Assembly: GCF_003704095.1 (NCBI RefSeq)
Contig: NW_020845300.1
Span: forward strand, 1,054,001 to 1,118,000
From: Pocillopora damicornis
Taxonomy: Eukaryota
DNA length: 64,000 nt
Reading direction: 5' to 3'
The position numbers and the translations under genes are program-made. This document shows, one piece after another, positions 1 through 12,950 of the stretch (positions are counted from its first letter, which is position 1; the number at the start of each line of letters is the position of its first letter). The notes beneath the pieces are model-generated. The model was not told where the DNA came from, made no database searches, and saw only the letters and a program-made list of their open reading frames with translations.

Positions 1-117
1 CAAATGCTTTTAGCCTGGATTGACCAAGGAAAGACTGCAACATTTGCTCATCTTTCAGTGGCACTCCAGAGTCATGGAAAAAAAAGACTGGCAGACAAAT
101 ACTGTGGCTCATCATGA
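1..117 (+). CDS. 3' end of a death-domain-containing protein gene (truncated by the window edge)
   Basis: Frame 1 reads QMLLAWIDQGKTATFAHLSVALQSHGKKRLADKYCGSS*, matching the death-domain helix 4-6 pattern ML..W....AT...L..AL...G...LA. TGA at 115-117; ATTAAA near 455. Confidence 0.65.
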   Translation, partial: QMLLAWIDQGKTATFAHLSVALQSHGKKRLADKYCGSS

Positions 118-546
118 GTGCATTTCATGACAGTTATAAAGAGATGTTAAAGTAGTAGCTGAAATGTCTAGAACAATATATTTTTTAGCCAGTGTCAACT
201 TTTTTTTTATTCTTTTTTACCAAAAAGATGTTGAAGTACTTAGACTGTTAATTTCAAAATTATCTTGTACAAGATCAATTTTTTTTACAAGCATTGCTGT
301 TACATCTACATAGGTCCTATTGCTTTCATGTTCTTTAATATGGTCTTTTTGTATTGTTTGACTGTAGTTTTCAAATGTGTATATATGACTGTGAATACTG
401 TATGATAGAGATCTTATAGAGAGCTTTTAACAAGATATTTATTGAACCATCTATATTAAAAATTATCTGGTTATGGTGAAAGGCTACAGGGCTGAACAAA
501 CAGTTTATAGGATCTTGCTACACATAAACCTTCTATATTGGGATAC

Positions 547-710
547 TTTTGGTTTTATCAAATGAGTTGATAAATTCGCTCTGACAAAGGGCTAATGCTC
601 AAAATGTTAACTTTGAAATTCTTGGCCAATTTTCTTTCCTGATAAAACCAAAATTATCTTGTTATACTCCCCACTGATGCAGCACCACAGTTTCTTAGAA
701 ACTTACACCC
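547..710 (+). mobile_element. Degenerate Penelope-type terminal repeat with a decayed hammerhead motif
   Basis: cgctctgacaaagggctaatgctcaaaatg...gcagcaccacagtttcttagaaacttac is the same family as 27403-27555 and 34689-34845. Short inverted arm ttttggttttatca/tgataaaaccaaaa. Confidence 0.6.
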
Positions 711-936
711 ACAACCCTGTATATGTTTGGGCTCACCATTACAAGCAAAGTTAGGTAAAAAATTACAGGACAAGAATATTGTTTGTCATGGCCTACATAG
801 ATATATGCCATGAGATTTAACATGAAGATTTGTAAAGCTGTATAACAAATATATACTGTCTATCACCAATTTCTTATCGCTTAAAATTGCAAGTTAGTTC
901 AGACACCCCTCCCACCTTTGTCCACTTTCACCTCAA

Positions 937-1135
937 CCCTTTACCTCCCAGATCACATTTGTAATTCTCCTCACTGTCAACCAATTCCTATAACGTTAGT
1001 TCAGAGAATTCAGTATTGGATCAACTTATTACTTCCAAATTGATATTTTTCTTTATTCTTGTCACTCATCTGGTTGATATTGTATTGATATTGTAAGGAG
1101 AAATTCTGTCTTGGTCGCTCATAGGAGGTAAAGGG
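937..1135. mobile_element. piggyBac-like MITE (~200 bp, TTAA family)
   Basis: TIR ccctttacctcc/ggaggtaaaggg; flanks tcaa / ttaa. The internal sequence recurs about 10 times in the window. Confidence 0.75.
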
Positions 1136-1376
1136 TTAAATCAAGCATTGTAGGTTGAATAAACAACTGTGAATTTGTTACGTTAACTCGCCATAATAAA
1201 AGCTAACCCCCCAATACCCATTCTCTTACATTTCGTCAAAGGCCGCGCAGTTCGTCAGGACACATACAAAGTACTTAAACAAAGTAAAAATATTCTTAGG
1301 TGGTAGTCCGCTGGTCACTCTACAGCTCTTCAGTCGTCTCAAACTTTCCAAGAAGCGTAGTGAAACTGAAAGTGTC

Positions 1377-4300
1377 ATGAAAATACTGCAACGTGTGCTG
1401 GTCTTAAGGTGAGTGCAGCTTTTTAGAAAGATTTTTGATGGGTTGAAGATATATCAGTGAAATTTTTGTCGCGTAAGTTCAAATTTTGCTCTCAAATACT
1501 CTTTTTAGTGTACTGCCTGTTGTGTTAGGCTTATGTTTGTGCTGCTCGTCTTTAATTTTACAGCCTATCTTTCGTTTATTTCAAAATTTACGAGCACGCA
1601 ATACCTCACTAGGTTAAACATTTTTATAGTGTATTGTTTGCGTTGCCATTACCTATGAAGAAACTTTGAAAATACGGTTTAAACGTCATTAGCTAATATC
1701 ACTCTTAAAATTGACGAGGAAAGATCAAATTACAACATACTTCGTTGCAGATCAAGTGTGATTTCAAGATGACTAGATATGGTCAAAATATTTCGTTAGT
1801 AATATATGTATGTATGCAATTCAAACGTGTTTATAATTTCTGAACGAACTCAGACGAGAATAGATGAAATTACAATATACATGTACATATTAGCTACAGA
1901 TCAAGTGATTTCAAGACGACTTAATATTGTTCATTTTATTTCCTCATTCTGTTTGTTTTTAAAAACGTACATGTTAGAAAAGAAAGAGGCCAGTATCCAC
2001 TAATTAATATAACCTGAAAGATTGCACAGAAATAATTTGCCTATTTCTTCATGTAGAGCATGCAATACCTAACAGATAAGTCCAGCCGATCTTGCATGTT
2101 ACCATATGACCTTTCAGGACAAAGGGTCTCTTTTATCTTGCCTGACCACTCACGATGCCATCCAGATTCACAATCTTACAGGAAATGTTTTCTTTAATCA
2201 GGGTTGCAAATTATGAAGTTCGTTTCAGTTTTGTTGGTCAGGGTGAAATTGATACTAATATTTTCATTTTTCATCTTCTCTGTACTCTCTTATTTGTTCA
2301 GATTCATTCCAGGATTCAAAAACTGGAATCAAAATAAACTATCCAAACATTGTGTTTTACATTGGAGGACTAGAAGTTATTGCACATCCTCAAGTAATGT
2401 GGTAAATTGTATTTTCACTTAATAAACTGTTTTGCACATTTTAATTCAGAGAAGATAGATAGGATTGGTTTAATTGTCTCAACTGTAATTTCCCCCTGAA
2501 GCAATACACTATAAGGTGTGTGAATCTAAAATATCAAGCTGTTATTGTTTTTTTTTGTACAAACTTATGCTCATCCACTCTAGAAAATAAGCCTGCCTTG
2601 TTTTTAAGTTTTGAAGAACCATTTGATTTATACCAAAATAAATTTGATAATTGGCTCTCAAATTCTGTGTGACAGTTGTTTTGGGCTTTGCCCTCAGCCA
2701 TTGTCATGCAACATGACTTCAGTTCAAATTGAATTGTTAAATAAGCTACAGTGTCTTCTTTCACAATGGAATATAGACATTTAGCTCTCTATAATATGAT
2801 TTTCCAATTTTTGCTTGCGGGTCTCTTTTTATTGTCAGGTTCACAATGTAGAGTCCAAGTGGCTCAGGCTGTTATTTAAGATGGCTGACAGCTCTCCACC
2901 ACATGTTGAGGATTTTCCATCCCAGATGAGGATGACACAAATACGTGAAATAATGAGTAAAGCAGCAAGAATGAGGAGAACAGACTCAGGGGGTGATCTT
3001 ATGCCAAATGTAAACAATTGTCTAGTACTCAGCTAGCATATGAAGCCTTATGAAGGCATGCTGCCTGTTCAAGCTGGCTTATTAAGGCCAGAGCCAGGAC
3101 TATTGTTACTCTCCCCTGGAAAGGATGTTAGTTCATCCTGGCATATCCCCACCCCCAGTCCTCCTGTCATCTTTTCAGGTTGGGGAGGGGGAGGGAACAA
3201 TTTCAGAATTATTCTTCCTATCATGATGTTGCAAAAAATTGAAATGTTGCAATGATTTAGATCTCAACTCTCATTTTTAGCTTTACCAGAACTTTTCCTA
3301 AGGCATAGATGGACATATAGAGCTGCAATTCCACTATGCTGCGATATGCTATTGGCAGAAGGGTTTAAGGTTTTTTTTTATTCAATTGAAATGTAGGCTG
3401 TTGCCAAAGAAATCAAACACTTCTACAGTGGATTGTCAACAAAGGTGAGTTAGTGATGTAACCGATGATTTAAATTTACTCATAAGCTGAGAAATTCTTT
3501 TGCTTGAAAATACAGAAAGAAGCATGTTATTTTATCAGCTTTACAAATTGTTAACTCCAAGGTGAACTAGCTTGGCTGTGTAGGAATTATACCCTTTAAT
3601 TAGCAGAGATTTTTTTTCATTAGTTAAATGATGAGAACCTTTTTCTTTTGAAAGGCTGAGAAATTGGAATTTTTTTTGGTTCTGGAACGAGATCTTGGTG
3701 TAGACCACAAGGATGTTGTACAAGTCGCTAACAGCTTGGCAAACTCTCAGGTAGACTACAATATGTTTTAATGCAATTTAAACCCAGGTTTTCAGCACTA
3801 ATGGTGTGAGGTATTTGTGCAACTGCCATGAGTGGTCAGAATTTAAGTGGATTACCGTAATTTCCGGTCGTTTACCCGCACGGCCGATTACCCGCACCGG
3901 CAAAAAAAAAGTCAACAGATAACCCGCACTGGTGGATAACCCGCACGTTGTTATTCAACTTTTTGGTGGCGAAAACGTGACATTAAGGTGATACATTTCA
4001 GTCTTTTAAAAGTTGTCTGATCCAACTTTCGAAAACTTGAAAGCGTCTTTGTCGAGTTTAAAGGTCAAAGAAATTCGGACGCGTGCACAATTCTGTGTCA
4101 ATATTAGCATGTACTTTATTGATAAGATTATACAGTAAAAACACTAGCGGCACATGCCCAAATCTCAACGTTTCATACTTGACAGAATGCAAATTTGTGG
4201 CCACATTTTGTGCGAGCGATCGTTCAGCGCCATGTTGATTTGTTGAAAAAAAGCTGGGTAAGTATTAAAACTTGAATTATAAAGTACTGTCGGCGATTTC

Positions 4301-7300
4301 TGAAAAAATCGATATCTCCCGTTCTATTGGGCCTAACAAGTCCCTTAAAACGGGAAAATTCTCTTTAGCTCAAGCTAGTGTTTAATGGAAATTTGTTACT
4401 GATGCGCCGGATATCTTTGGATAATTTTTGTCAACATCAAGGTTTTGTTTTCACGCGTGCCGATAATAATTTGTTCGTCGCGCAACTAGTTATGCGTGAA
4501 TTAACTCCAGTCGGCATCATGTTTTCGTGCCGCTTTGCGGCACTATTAACACAATAAAATTTACTTGAGAGGTGGAAACGCGTGTTGGTGATATTTTTTT
4601 TCAATTCAACTACCACTGGATTTTAAAATTGTCACATAACCCGCACCTCCCTATTACCCGCAGTGGCGCGCGTTAAATGCAAAATCAACAGATTACCCGC
4701 GGGTAAACGACCGGAAATTACGGTATATTTCTTTATATTTCCTAGAGATATGAAAGGACAACATCTGGAACAGTTTTAAAGAAACGAATAACAATTTTTT
4801 TCCAATAGCAATGTTGAGCCATTTTTATCCCTCTTGTATTAAATAGTTGGACAAACCACCCTGCTATTGACAGATATATTTCTATAGATGAACCTTGGCT
4901 ATATCTCTACTTTTGAACAGGATTAATAATTGGTCTGAAGCCAGTCCCTCTCTTTAGTAACCTACAAACTAATTGTCCATACAGTACCAGTTTATGGTCA
5001 ATTAGAAAGGATTGTAATTAAAAACTAGTTATAACTTGGAGCTGTTGTTTGATTTGTCAAAAAATAATTATTGGACTGGACATTAAAAGAAAGGGCCAGA
5101 AGTAAGGAGATCCTTGAAGTGAAAGGGCTAGATAACTGGTTAGTCTGAAGAACCTTTGCCTCCAGGCAAATTTTAAATTTTACTAATTGCCATTTTTCAT
5201 GTTTTATTCATAGGAAAATGGACTTCCAGCCATTTTAAAAGCAGAGGAAAAGTTGCGACAAGCTCTCGAACCAGCTCATACCCAATTACTGTCCCAGATC
5301 AGTAAGCTACCAGGAGGTGTGAAGGACATTGTTGACATGAGAGGTGACTTGTTGGTGAGTAAGAGCTGTCTTCAGAATGGGAAATGGCCAGTTTCCATTA
5401 AAAATATTATGTTGATTTTGTTAGTGCCCTTTATTTGCATAGTAGTGTGTTAAAATACTCTGACTGTGGTATTTTACATGTGCAAAGAAGTAGACATAAG
5501 TATTTGATATAAATTTCTTGCAAGGAAGGGCTGAATGAAGAGAAGGATCGACTTGCCAGACAGGAACTCCAGGCTCTTAGTTCATCCATCAAGAATCTCT
5601 TGGCTCAGTGGTTTGCTGTTGGATTACTGGATCTCAGACAGGTCACCTGGGAATCACCTGGTAGTATACTAGAAAAGGTGTTTATTGGCAAGCAGCACGT
5701 AATTCATACCTTTAACATAATTACCAAGTCAACAGGAGTATCTCTGTTTCTAAGATCTCACCTCATCATTCTTTCGCAAAAATTTGGATGATTTCAATTG
5801 AAAGATTGAGCTTCAAATCTCCCCATATAAACCCATGTGAATCCATGAGTAGGTGACACAATATCATGCTTCCCAGGGGTAAAAATAACGGCCGGTGACC
5901 AGACAATGTCCGGCCTGATTGGGGTTTGACCGGTCAAAGTTTCGATTCGGCGGTCATGTTGAACAGTCACATTAAATGACTGAAAGTCAAACGAAAAAAA
6001 GGAAGCTGAACAACAACAACAACAAACAGCAACAACAACACAACGCCATAAAAACTAAACGAGAGGCTACGATAGAACAGTTTTTAATTTCCTCACAAGT
6101 TTATTTTTATTTCAAATGCTATGCCCCAACGATATGTTGACTCAAAAAGGTGGTGCGAAGTGTCGCGCCACTACTCTGCCGAACTCAGGAATTAGATCCA
6201 ACTCACCTAGAAGGTAGTGGCAGTGCGTTTGAAACGATTTATTTCCAGGTAGACTGAATTAAGTTCGGCGTGACTACTCAGCGGGCAGGTCTTTCCATAC
6301 CGCTCGACACTTAGGCCGCACAATAATGACGCGATTAGAGTCGGTAGAATGATTCAGAAAAAAAAAAAGTTTCGTTAGCATATTAGGGGCAGGGTTGACA
6401 AAAGCCGGTGACAAGTTCATCTCCAAAAAAGGGTGTCAAACATTTCCTTAATTAGTCGAAATGTACGGAAAAAGTAAGACTAGAGTGTGTAATCCATCTT
6501 TCAACGAGATATTGTCTGAGGAGAATGAAACAGAAGATAGAAAAAAGTGCACTTCGAACTAGAAGCTCGAAGAAGCGCTACAGAAATGACCGAGGTAAAC
6601 TTTGTTTTGCAGGTCATTTTGACTGGCGACCGTACCGCTGTAGTAGACCGTACTGTAATTTTTAGCCCTGCTTCCATGCTGAAAATTGAGCCAAAAATAA
6701 TTAGAGTAGCTGGTGTGTTTTTCAGGGTGGACGGTGAATTGCGCCGGTATTTGGTTTTTTTGACAGTCCTGCAACTGGTTAGCAAAGGCTCTCAGTAGTA
6801 AGGGGGAAATTGTCCCCTAGGGTAGAATTTCAACCTTACCTTGAGTGAGAGGTTTATGTTGTTCTATCTTAAGCTTGTTTTGAGCAGGGTCTCAGTGTCC
6901 CTGTAAATTACAAAAAGACTGATCCTGAAATTTGTATTGAAAAGAAACTGTAATATTCCTGGTTGTTCCATGTATGGTGATGAGGTAACTATGTTATACT
7001 TTCTGTAACTCAGGTGTTGCGTTATGAGGCAGTGCATTCAATGTCTGGCTGGGAAGACCTGAAGCGGCGACTTGCTCCTGACAGGAGATGTTATATTTAC
7101 ACACATCGCTCCATGCCTGGTGAACCTGTGGTAGTGTTACACACTGCACTGGAATATGAAATTGCTGATAATATACAGGTGGGTTGTCATTCAGAAAAAA
7201 TCTGGAAAATGGTTTGAATTTTGTTCACAAAGATACAAAAGGATTCTGTATGTAGCTACCTGACTAGGACTGAAGCTTTTCATTCTTAAGGGTACTTCTT

Positions 7301-10300
7301 GAAAACCCAAAATGATTTTTATAATGGTCAAGGTGTTATCATCAACTGATTTCTGTTCCTTAGTCAGTATTTTACTGCAGTCTCTCTTTCAATCCAGGTT
7401 ATCTTGAGTGAACCGGAGGTGGATCGAGACGCGTGTGAATATGAATTAGAGAAAAGAACCGCAGCAGTGTTTTATTCTATCACTTCGACACAAAAAGGTG
7501 TGTTTTGAGGCAATGAAGGATAGGTGTCCCATAAACATTGATACTTTTATTTTCTGCATGGGTTAAGGAGAACTCTGGTCTGTGTGTAATCAAATCCTTC
7601 CACCCCCCACCTTCAAAGAAGAAATGGATGCATGTGCGTAGGCTAGGGGTTTTTTTCAATAAATAAATAACTGAATTTAAATGGCTACAAGTCCAAGCCA
7701 CAGCCATGCACTGTCATTTAGATTAAAGGTAGGAAGGTTATTGTAAGTCTGCAATCGAGCCAGGTGGCTTACAGTGTAGCTGCACAAGCCTTACCTGGTT
7801 TACGTAGCATGAAGTAACTAGAAGTATTACTGTTCCCCGTGGATAGGATGCCACTCAGTCCCAGTCTACTCCCCAGCTTTTCGTTGGGTTTTCTTGTTCG
7901 TTGGTACCGACTTGTATTCTTGGGTGGAGCGAGGTCGTATGATAGTCAAGCTTCATGCGCAAGAACATAACCTTATGATCCGGCCAAAGGTCTCTCTCGT
8001 CCCGAATTTCTCTGCCTCTCCATTACAATATGCCACATTGATACTCTTGTCATGACATTCAGATTGGCGATGAATTTTGCCAAAATTCTTATATCTAGCG
8101 TTGTTGACAAGAGCGCCTGACTTTGTAAGGAAAAACTTTGTTTTAAATACAGCGGAGGTGTTGGTTAGGAAGTGTTATCTGTGATGGACAAATATGCGTA
8201 AGGAGATTCAACTAGTGAACAACTGTAAAACGGTTTGGATGAGTACAGATAATTTCTCTTCCCTTTTTGTAGGACTTAGTGGCGTAGATCTGGGTAATTT
8301 TCTGATTAAGCACGTCGTGGAAGAGTTACGGCACGAGTTTCCAAACATCACGCAATACTCGACACTGTCCCCTATCCCTGGCTTCAAACAGTGGCTAAAG
8401 CTGCAGCTATCGCACGCCCTGGAACAGCAGGGTAAGAAACGTTACTTTGGAAATACCAGCTTAATGGTAGGGGGGGGGGGGGGGGAAATGTCCCAACTAG
8501 GAAGAAAAATGAAGGAAGAAATAAGTTAAATGAAGACTAGGCATTCAGTAATTTTTGCCTTTTCTCTGAATGGATTTCTCTTCTTTACAGAAGGCAGTGA
8601 AGACGAGTAAAAGTTTGAATCTCAGTTGACCATTTGGAAGCCTTTCTTCAGTTGCCCGCGAAAAAGTAGCCTATCCGCAGGGTGTGCTATCAACTAAGCT
8701 ACCATCTAAGCTACCATCTAAGCTACCATCTAAGCTACCATCTAAGCTACAGAGAATTCGATGGCGAATGGGTTCATAATTAAAGTAGGTTCAGATGTAT
8801 TCGTCGAGATTGTTGATTTTTATTGTTTTACTTGCTAGCAAATGACGTTCCCCAAACGCTACTTTTGGAAGATGAACAGGAAATTATCCAAGGCAGCCAC
8901 TCAAATTCGGAATTGTCTCCGCTCTCCTTGTTTAAGGTTGGTGTATTCCGTTATTTAGATGGCTTCAGCGCCAAACATAATTAAATTTTGATTTCTTCTC
9001 ATTCTATTCATCGTGTAGCCTGCTAAGCAGGTGCTTCGATGGCAATTATCAAGCGATTGATTTGCAGAGAGGTGCGCAAGGGAAAAACACATCTGTTTAA
9101 GTATGACGCACCAATTTGAAAAGTTTGTCTTTCTTGTTTTGGTTAGCGACTGAATGTAAAATGGCCCAGAATGCAAAAATCCAAGTGTTACTATTTTTCC
9201 TACTGGTATTAAAATGCCTAATAAAATTGTTAATATTACTATTATTGCTATTATTATTGTTATCAGTTTCCCACGAGAGATATTGTTTTTAGTTGTACCA
9301 TAGCACTTCGTAAAAAGCACCAGTTTAAAGAGAAGAAATTTGTTTCGGCAAGCTTCGACGGGATATATTCGACGTAGTTTTCTTAGCTCGCGTCTTAACA
9401 TTTCGAATTCAGTCTTTCTAATATTTCTATGCTAGAAGGTATGCAAATCGTTATCTGGCAATGACGGAAGAGAGTTTTGCAGCCCATTGTCCTTAGGCAT
9501 TTTGGAAAGTTAAAGTAGCTTTAAGCAACGGATAATCAACTGTCTCTGAAAAATGCATTGTTTGTCTATTGTCAGAACCTTTTAGAAACCAGCGATTGGC
9601 ACCTTAACCCAAGTATAGCTGACTGTCTAAGGAAACCATTAGTACGCCTCTGTACCAAGTACGTACCGTTATTATTTTTAAATTGTGGGATATTTAGGGA
9701 TTATGGTAATGGGAAGATGGAACAAAGAGGAAGGTTACTTGAGGACATGGGCTTGTTTATCGCCTACGTTATCAGTTACCAACCGGTGATTACTCAGTTG
9801 GGAGATGTCGATGAAATTTTAATTGGGTGTCATTGAAAGTTGTCCGTGGTTGGATGAATTTTGCCTCAACGCGCTGTGTGATTGGTCCAGAAAAATCGCG
9901 CCACCCTTTCAACCAATCAGGGCCCAATTGTTCGAAAGCCGGTTATCGCTAATCCAGGGTTAAATTTTAATCCAGGTTTCTACATTTCTCTGATCAAAAG
10001 CCGTTTTGGGATTATTTTCCAAATTGTTTTTAGAGCATGAAATCATAAAATTGTAGAACAGTGGAATTAAAATGGATATTCTTTAAAAGCTCACAGATCT
10101 GAAAATAGATTTCACACTAATCCTGAGTTATCTCAACCCAGCTTTGAACAACTCGGCCCAGATGTTAACTCTTGGATCCCCAAGGGTGACTAGCATCTAA
10201 TTTCTCCTTACAATATCTCCCCTGAATCAAACATTAGGTTTATGAGAATAATAGAAATGATCAACAATTACAGAAGCTCTGGATTGTTAAGCTAATTCTC

Positions 10301-11085
10301 CTTGTCAGCACCATAGGAAATGTACAGAGAACAGTATGGAGAATATGCATACTGATGTTAGGGTGTAAAGGGTTAAGCTTGGACCAATCCTGATTTGGTC
10401 TCTTGCGTCTTCGGGCGCTCCATTCTCGTTCCCAAGCTCCTCTCTCTTCCTCCCTCTAAAAAGTACCCGTGTACATTCGAAGAACCCTCTAACACAGTTA
10501 CGTATCAAACTTTTCTCCATTTCTGATCTTTCCAGGTATTTATACAAAGAGAAAAGGCGAGGATTTGTCATGGATCCAGTTGGTAAGTGATTCAAGAGAT
10601 ATCAGCAAATTCAAATGGCAGAATTTTTACTATTACAATGTATCTCTGACCTTTAAGGTTGATCACTGCCGGGTTTTCTCGATTTCTCGCCGAAAATGAC
10701 AATTTAACCATAAAACCCCTGAGAGTAACCAGCATCTTACCGAGGTATGGAGAAGGTGAAAGAGATTGTACTGACGCTAGGCTGGCAATGTGCTCCTCGC
10801 GCGTGAAGTTACGCGCAGAAATGAGGCGCTATGTATCAAAATGAGTTTAACTGAAATGTGTTCGTCGTCTCTTCGCCGTCAGGTAATTTTCACATCAGGA
10901 ATGGTGCGTGGATGTGGAGGTTAAACTGGTTGGCGGATGTGAGCGCACGAGGAATGGATAATTCCTTTGGACTGATGATGAACTATAAATATGTCCTAGA
11001 AGATGTGGATAAGAACAATCAACAGTATTTACTGAACGGTACTGTTGCTGCATCGCCACAGTTTCTGGAGCCATTGCGGGCGTGA
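1377..11085 (+). CDS. MLYCD: Malonyl-CoA decarboxylase, ~531 aa, 14 coding exons
   Basis: Exons 1377-1408, 2302-2401, 2839-3009, 3397-3444, 3655-3750, 5214-5354, 5525-5677, 7014-7178, 7398-7497, 8273-8431, 8839-8936, 9576-9658, 10536-10582, 10883-11085; all GT-AG and phase-consistent. Motifs LPGGVKDIVDMRGDL, YEAVH...DLKRRL, FYSITSTQKGLSGVDLGNFLIK, TLSPIPGF, DPVGNFHIRNGA, GLMMNYKY. Exons 1-2 (transit-peptide-like) are less certain. Confidence 0.93.
3855..4723. mobile_element. Non-autonomous Tc1/mariner-superfamily DNA transposon (MITE), 869 bp
   Basis: Perfect 25-bp TIR ccgtaatttccggtcgtttacccgc; TA on both sides (3853-3854, 4724-4725); subterminal acccgca repeats; no ORF. Confidence 0.88.
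5874..6670. mobile_element. Non-autonomous hAT-like element with a 5-bp TSD, 797 bp
   Basis: Imperfect TIR caggggtaaaaataac vs cagggctaaaaattac (reverse complement of the right end). cttcc is duplicated at 5869-5873 and 6671-6675. Confidence 0.75.
7745..7990 (-). mobile_element. SINE-like repeat
   Basis: The reverse complement resembles the 3' SINE segment at 49823-49910 (gtaatact..tagt..cttcatg..ac...aaacc) and has a ccacccaag...ggtacc core-like segment. A degenerate copy lies near 3060-3150. Confidence 0.5.
8694..8750. repeat. 12-bp tandem repeat (ctaagctaccat) x ~4.7
   Basis: Directly visible in MLYCD intron 10. Confidence 0.9.
9921..10158. mobile_element. PIF/Harbinger-like MITE
   Basis: TIR ggcccaattgttcgaaagc vs ggccgagttgttcaaagc (reverse complement); 3-bp TSD cag at 9918-9920 and 10159-10161. 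Confidence 0.75.
10169..10372. mobile_element. piggyBac-like MITE (TTAA family, subfamily B)
   Basis: ttaa at 10165-10168 and 10373-10376; ends ...taaaggg; close relative of 47204-47407. Confidence 0.75.
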
Positions 11086-12048
11086 CATGGTCATCTTGAC
11101 CTTTGAGTGATTTAGAAGTCCCCCGACTAGACCATCTTAAAACTTGCAGTGCATATATGGACATAGTAATGGATGGTGCATGTGGGAACGCTTACATGTC
11201 ACTGGAAACAAGCCAGTATGAAATAAGGAAAAAACAAGGGATTGGCCTGCATTCTGTCAGTTTAGCGTCTTAGAGATACAGATGGAAAGAGTTCAGAAAC
11301 CCTTATGTTGAAAGTCCTTTCACCACAAGCGCGCATTCATGATTTGGTTTCATATAATAACTAAATCATGTTTAAAAGATTCTCGTGTTTTAATTTTTTT
11401 TTAAATAGCAAAATGAGTTTTTTTTTAGATGTGTTAAACAACCAGTTAGGGGTGGCCTGTACAACCCTGTTATTTCAAAATACTCGCGAACGAATTCGAT
11501 GTTTACAGGAAATTTGAGAAAGTTGACCGAAATTCCCTTTTAGTTTTCTTTCTACTCCGTCACTAAACTGATTTACCTCCAGGAATACTTGTATAATTTT
11601 TTTTTTCATCGAAATTAATTCTTTCCCTCGATCTCTGTGAGAATTACCTGACGCTTTTTTTAACCAATTTTTGAGAAACCTTCTGTGAAAGATTGAGTGG
11701 CATCGCTTCTTACCCACATCACATTATTTCCCGATATGATTAACCAGTGACACTCGATTTCCCTTACAACCTCCCTTTCATTCAAAAGGCAGTTTACAAG
11801 TCTCCGACAACAGTACTTAAACATCATTCAGCAGTCGTACACTAATTTCACTTCTGTTGGTACATGAAGTTGCCATGAAGTGTAGAAGGCCAGCTCTATA
11901 TCACTGAATGACAAAAATACTTTTTAACTTTATTTCAAATCAGTTGCGCTACCCAAGAAACGGCTTATATTTCAAACCCCCCCCCCCCCCTTCAAGAAAG
12001 CGACCAAGTAGACACGGCGCACTTAAATACAATGATCAGCCACCTTAA

Positions 12049-12198
12049 CCCTTTAACTCTCAAGATCCGATGTTAACTCTCCCCGCTAGTAGCTAAACAG
12101 ACAAGTCTAAGTATTATAATTACCTCTACTGGAAAAGGTCTGGATTATTATAGGGAGAACTTACGAGTTTACTTATATCACTTCTGGATATTAAAGGG
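12049..12198. mobile_element. piggyBac-like MITE, internally deleted
   Basis: ttaa|ccctttaa...ttaaaggg termini. Confidence 0.6.
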
Positions 12199-12950
12199 TT
12201 TTAAAAATTGCACTAGTACCTTTTAAGAAATGGGCAAAGTTCAAAACAGATTTGTTCGCCTTCATGACGGTTTTGAACGCTATCCTAAATAGGACTGACC
12301 CTTCAAACCGCGTTAAGACTAAACAAATTAGGTTTTGGCTGGTCGGCAAACTTTTCGCGCGGAACCGTGTTACTACTTGAGCTCCACGTCAAATAACTTA
12401 CGCAATTCTTGAATGCGGAAAAACTTAAATTAATGACCTGTGACTCTCAATTTTTTCCGCAACTTATTTTTATGGTCCGGAGTAAAAGTGGGCCTAGCAT
12501 TTTAATGAAATGTTACTCATACCCCGTCGTTTTTCTTCGATAATAATGTGCCTTTTTCATCCTGATGGTCTTGATATGTCTCTTAAATCTCCATAAAAGT
12601 TAGCCTTACTGCGTAATCCAACGAAAAACATTGTGGTCAGCGCTCACGTGGAATATTGCATTAATTATTTCTATTTTTGGCCTCCAAATTTTTATTTCTG
12701 ATGACCATATTTTATTGAAGGTCAAGCTTGAAACCCTGAATTATTGTTGTTTTTGAGAGACTCTAAAAATCGCTCCAACTGAAGACTAATTTGACTACTA
12801 AATTTTATTTATATGTAAATATGTATATATAGGAAGTCCGTGTTTCGATTTTTCCGTAGTACAGTGCTCGCTTCATAGAAGTAGAGCGCGATATGTATTG
12901 AGATTGGCTTGATGAAAGGATGTGCCATGAAAACAAATCTGTACTCTAAA

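Noticed and set aside
6501-6798. ORFs at the end of the hAT-like element
   Set aside because: No transposase motifs, and they cross the element boundary.
8694-8750. CRISPR-like array
   Set aside because: Simple tandem repeat without spacers, in eukaryotic DNA.
8955-9401. 148-aa minus-strand ORF with a hydrophobic stretch
   Set aside because: It lies in an MLYCD intron, and the hydrophobicity comes from (ATT)-like low complexity.
11083-11106. Stop-codon readthrough creating a PTS1 on MLYCD
   Set aside because: The context TGA CAT is not the TGA CTA G motif, and the extension ends LDL, which is not a PTS1.
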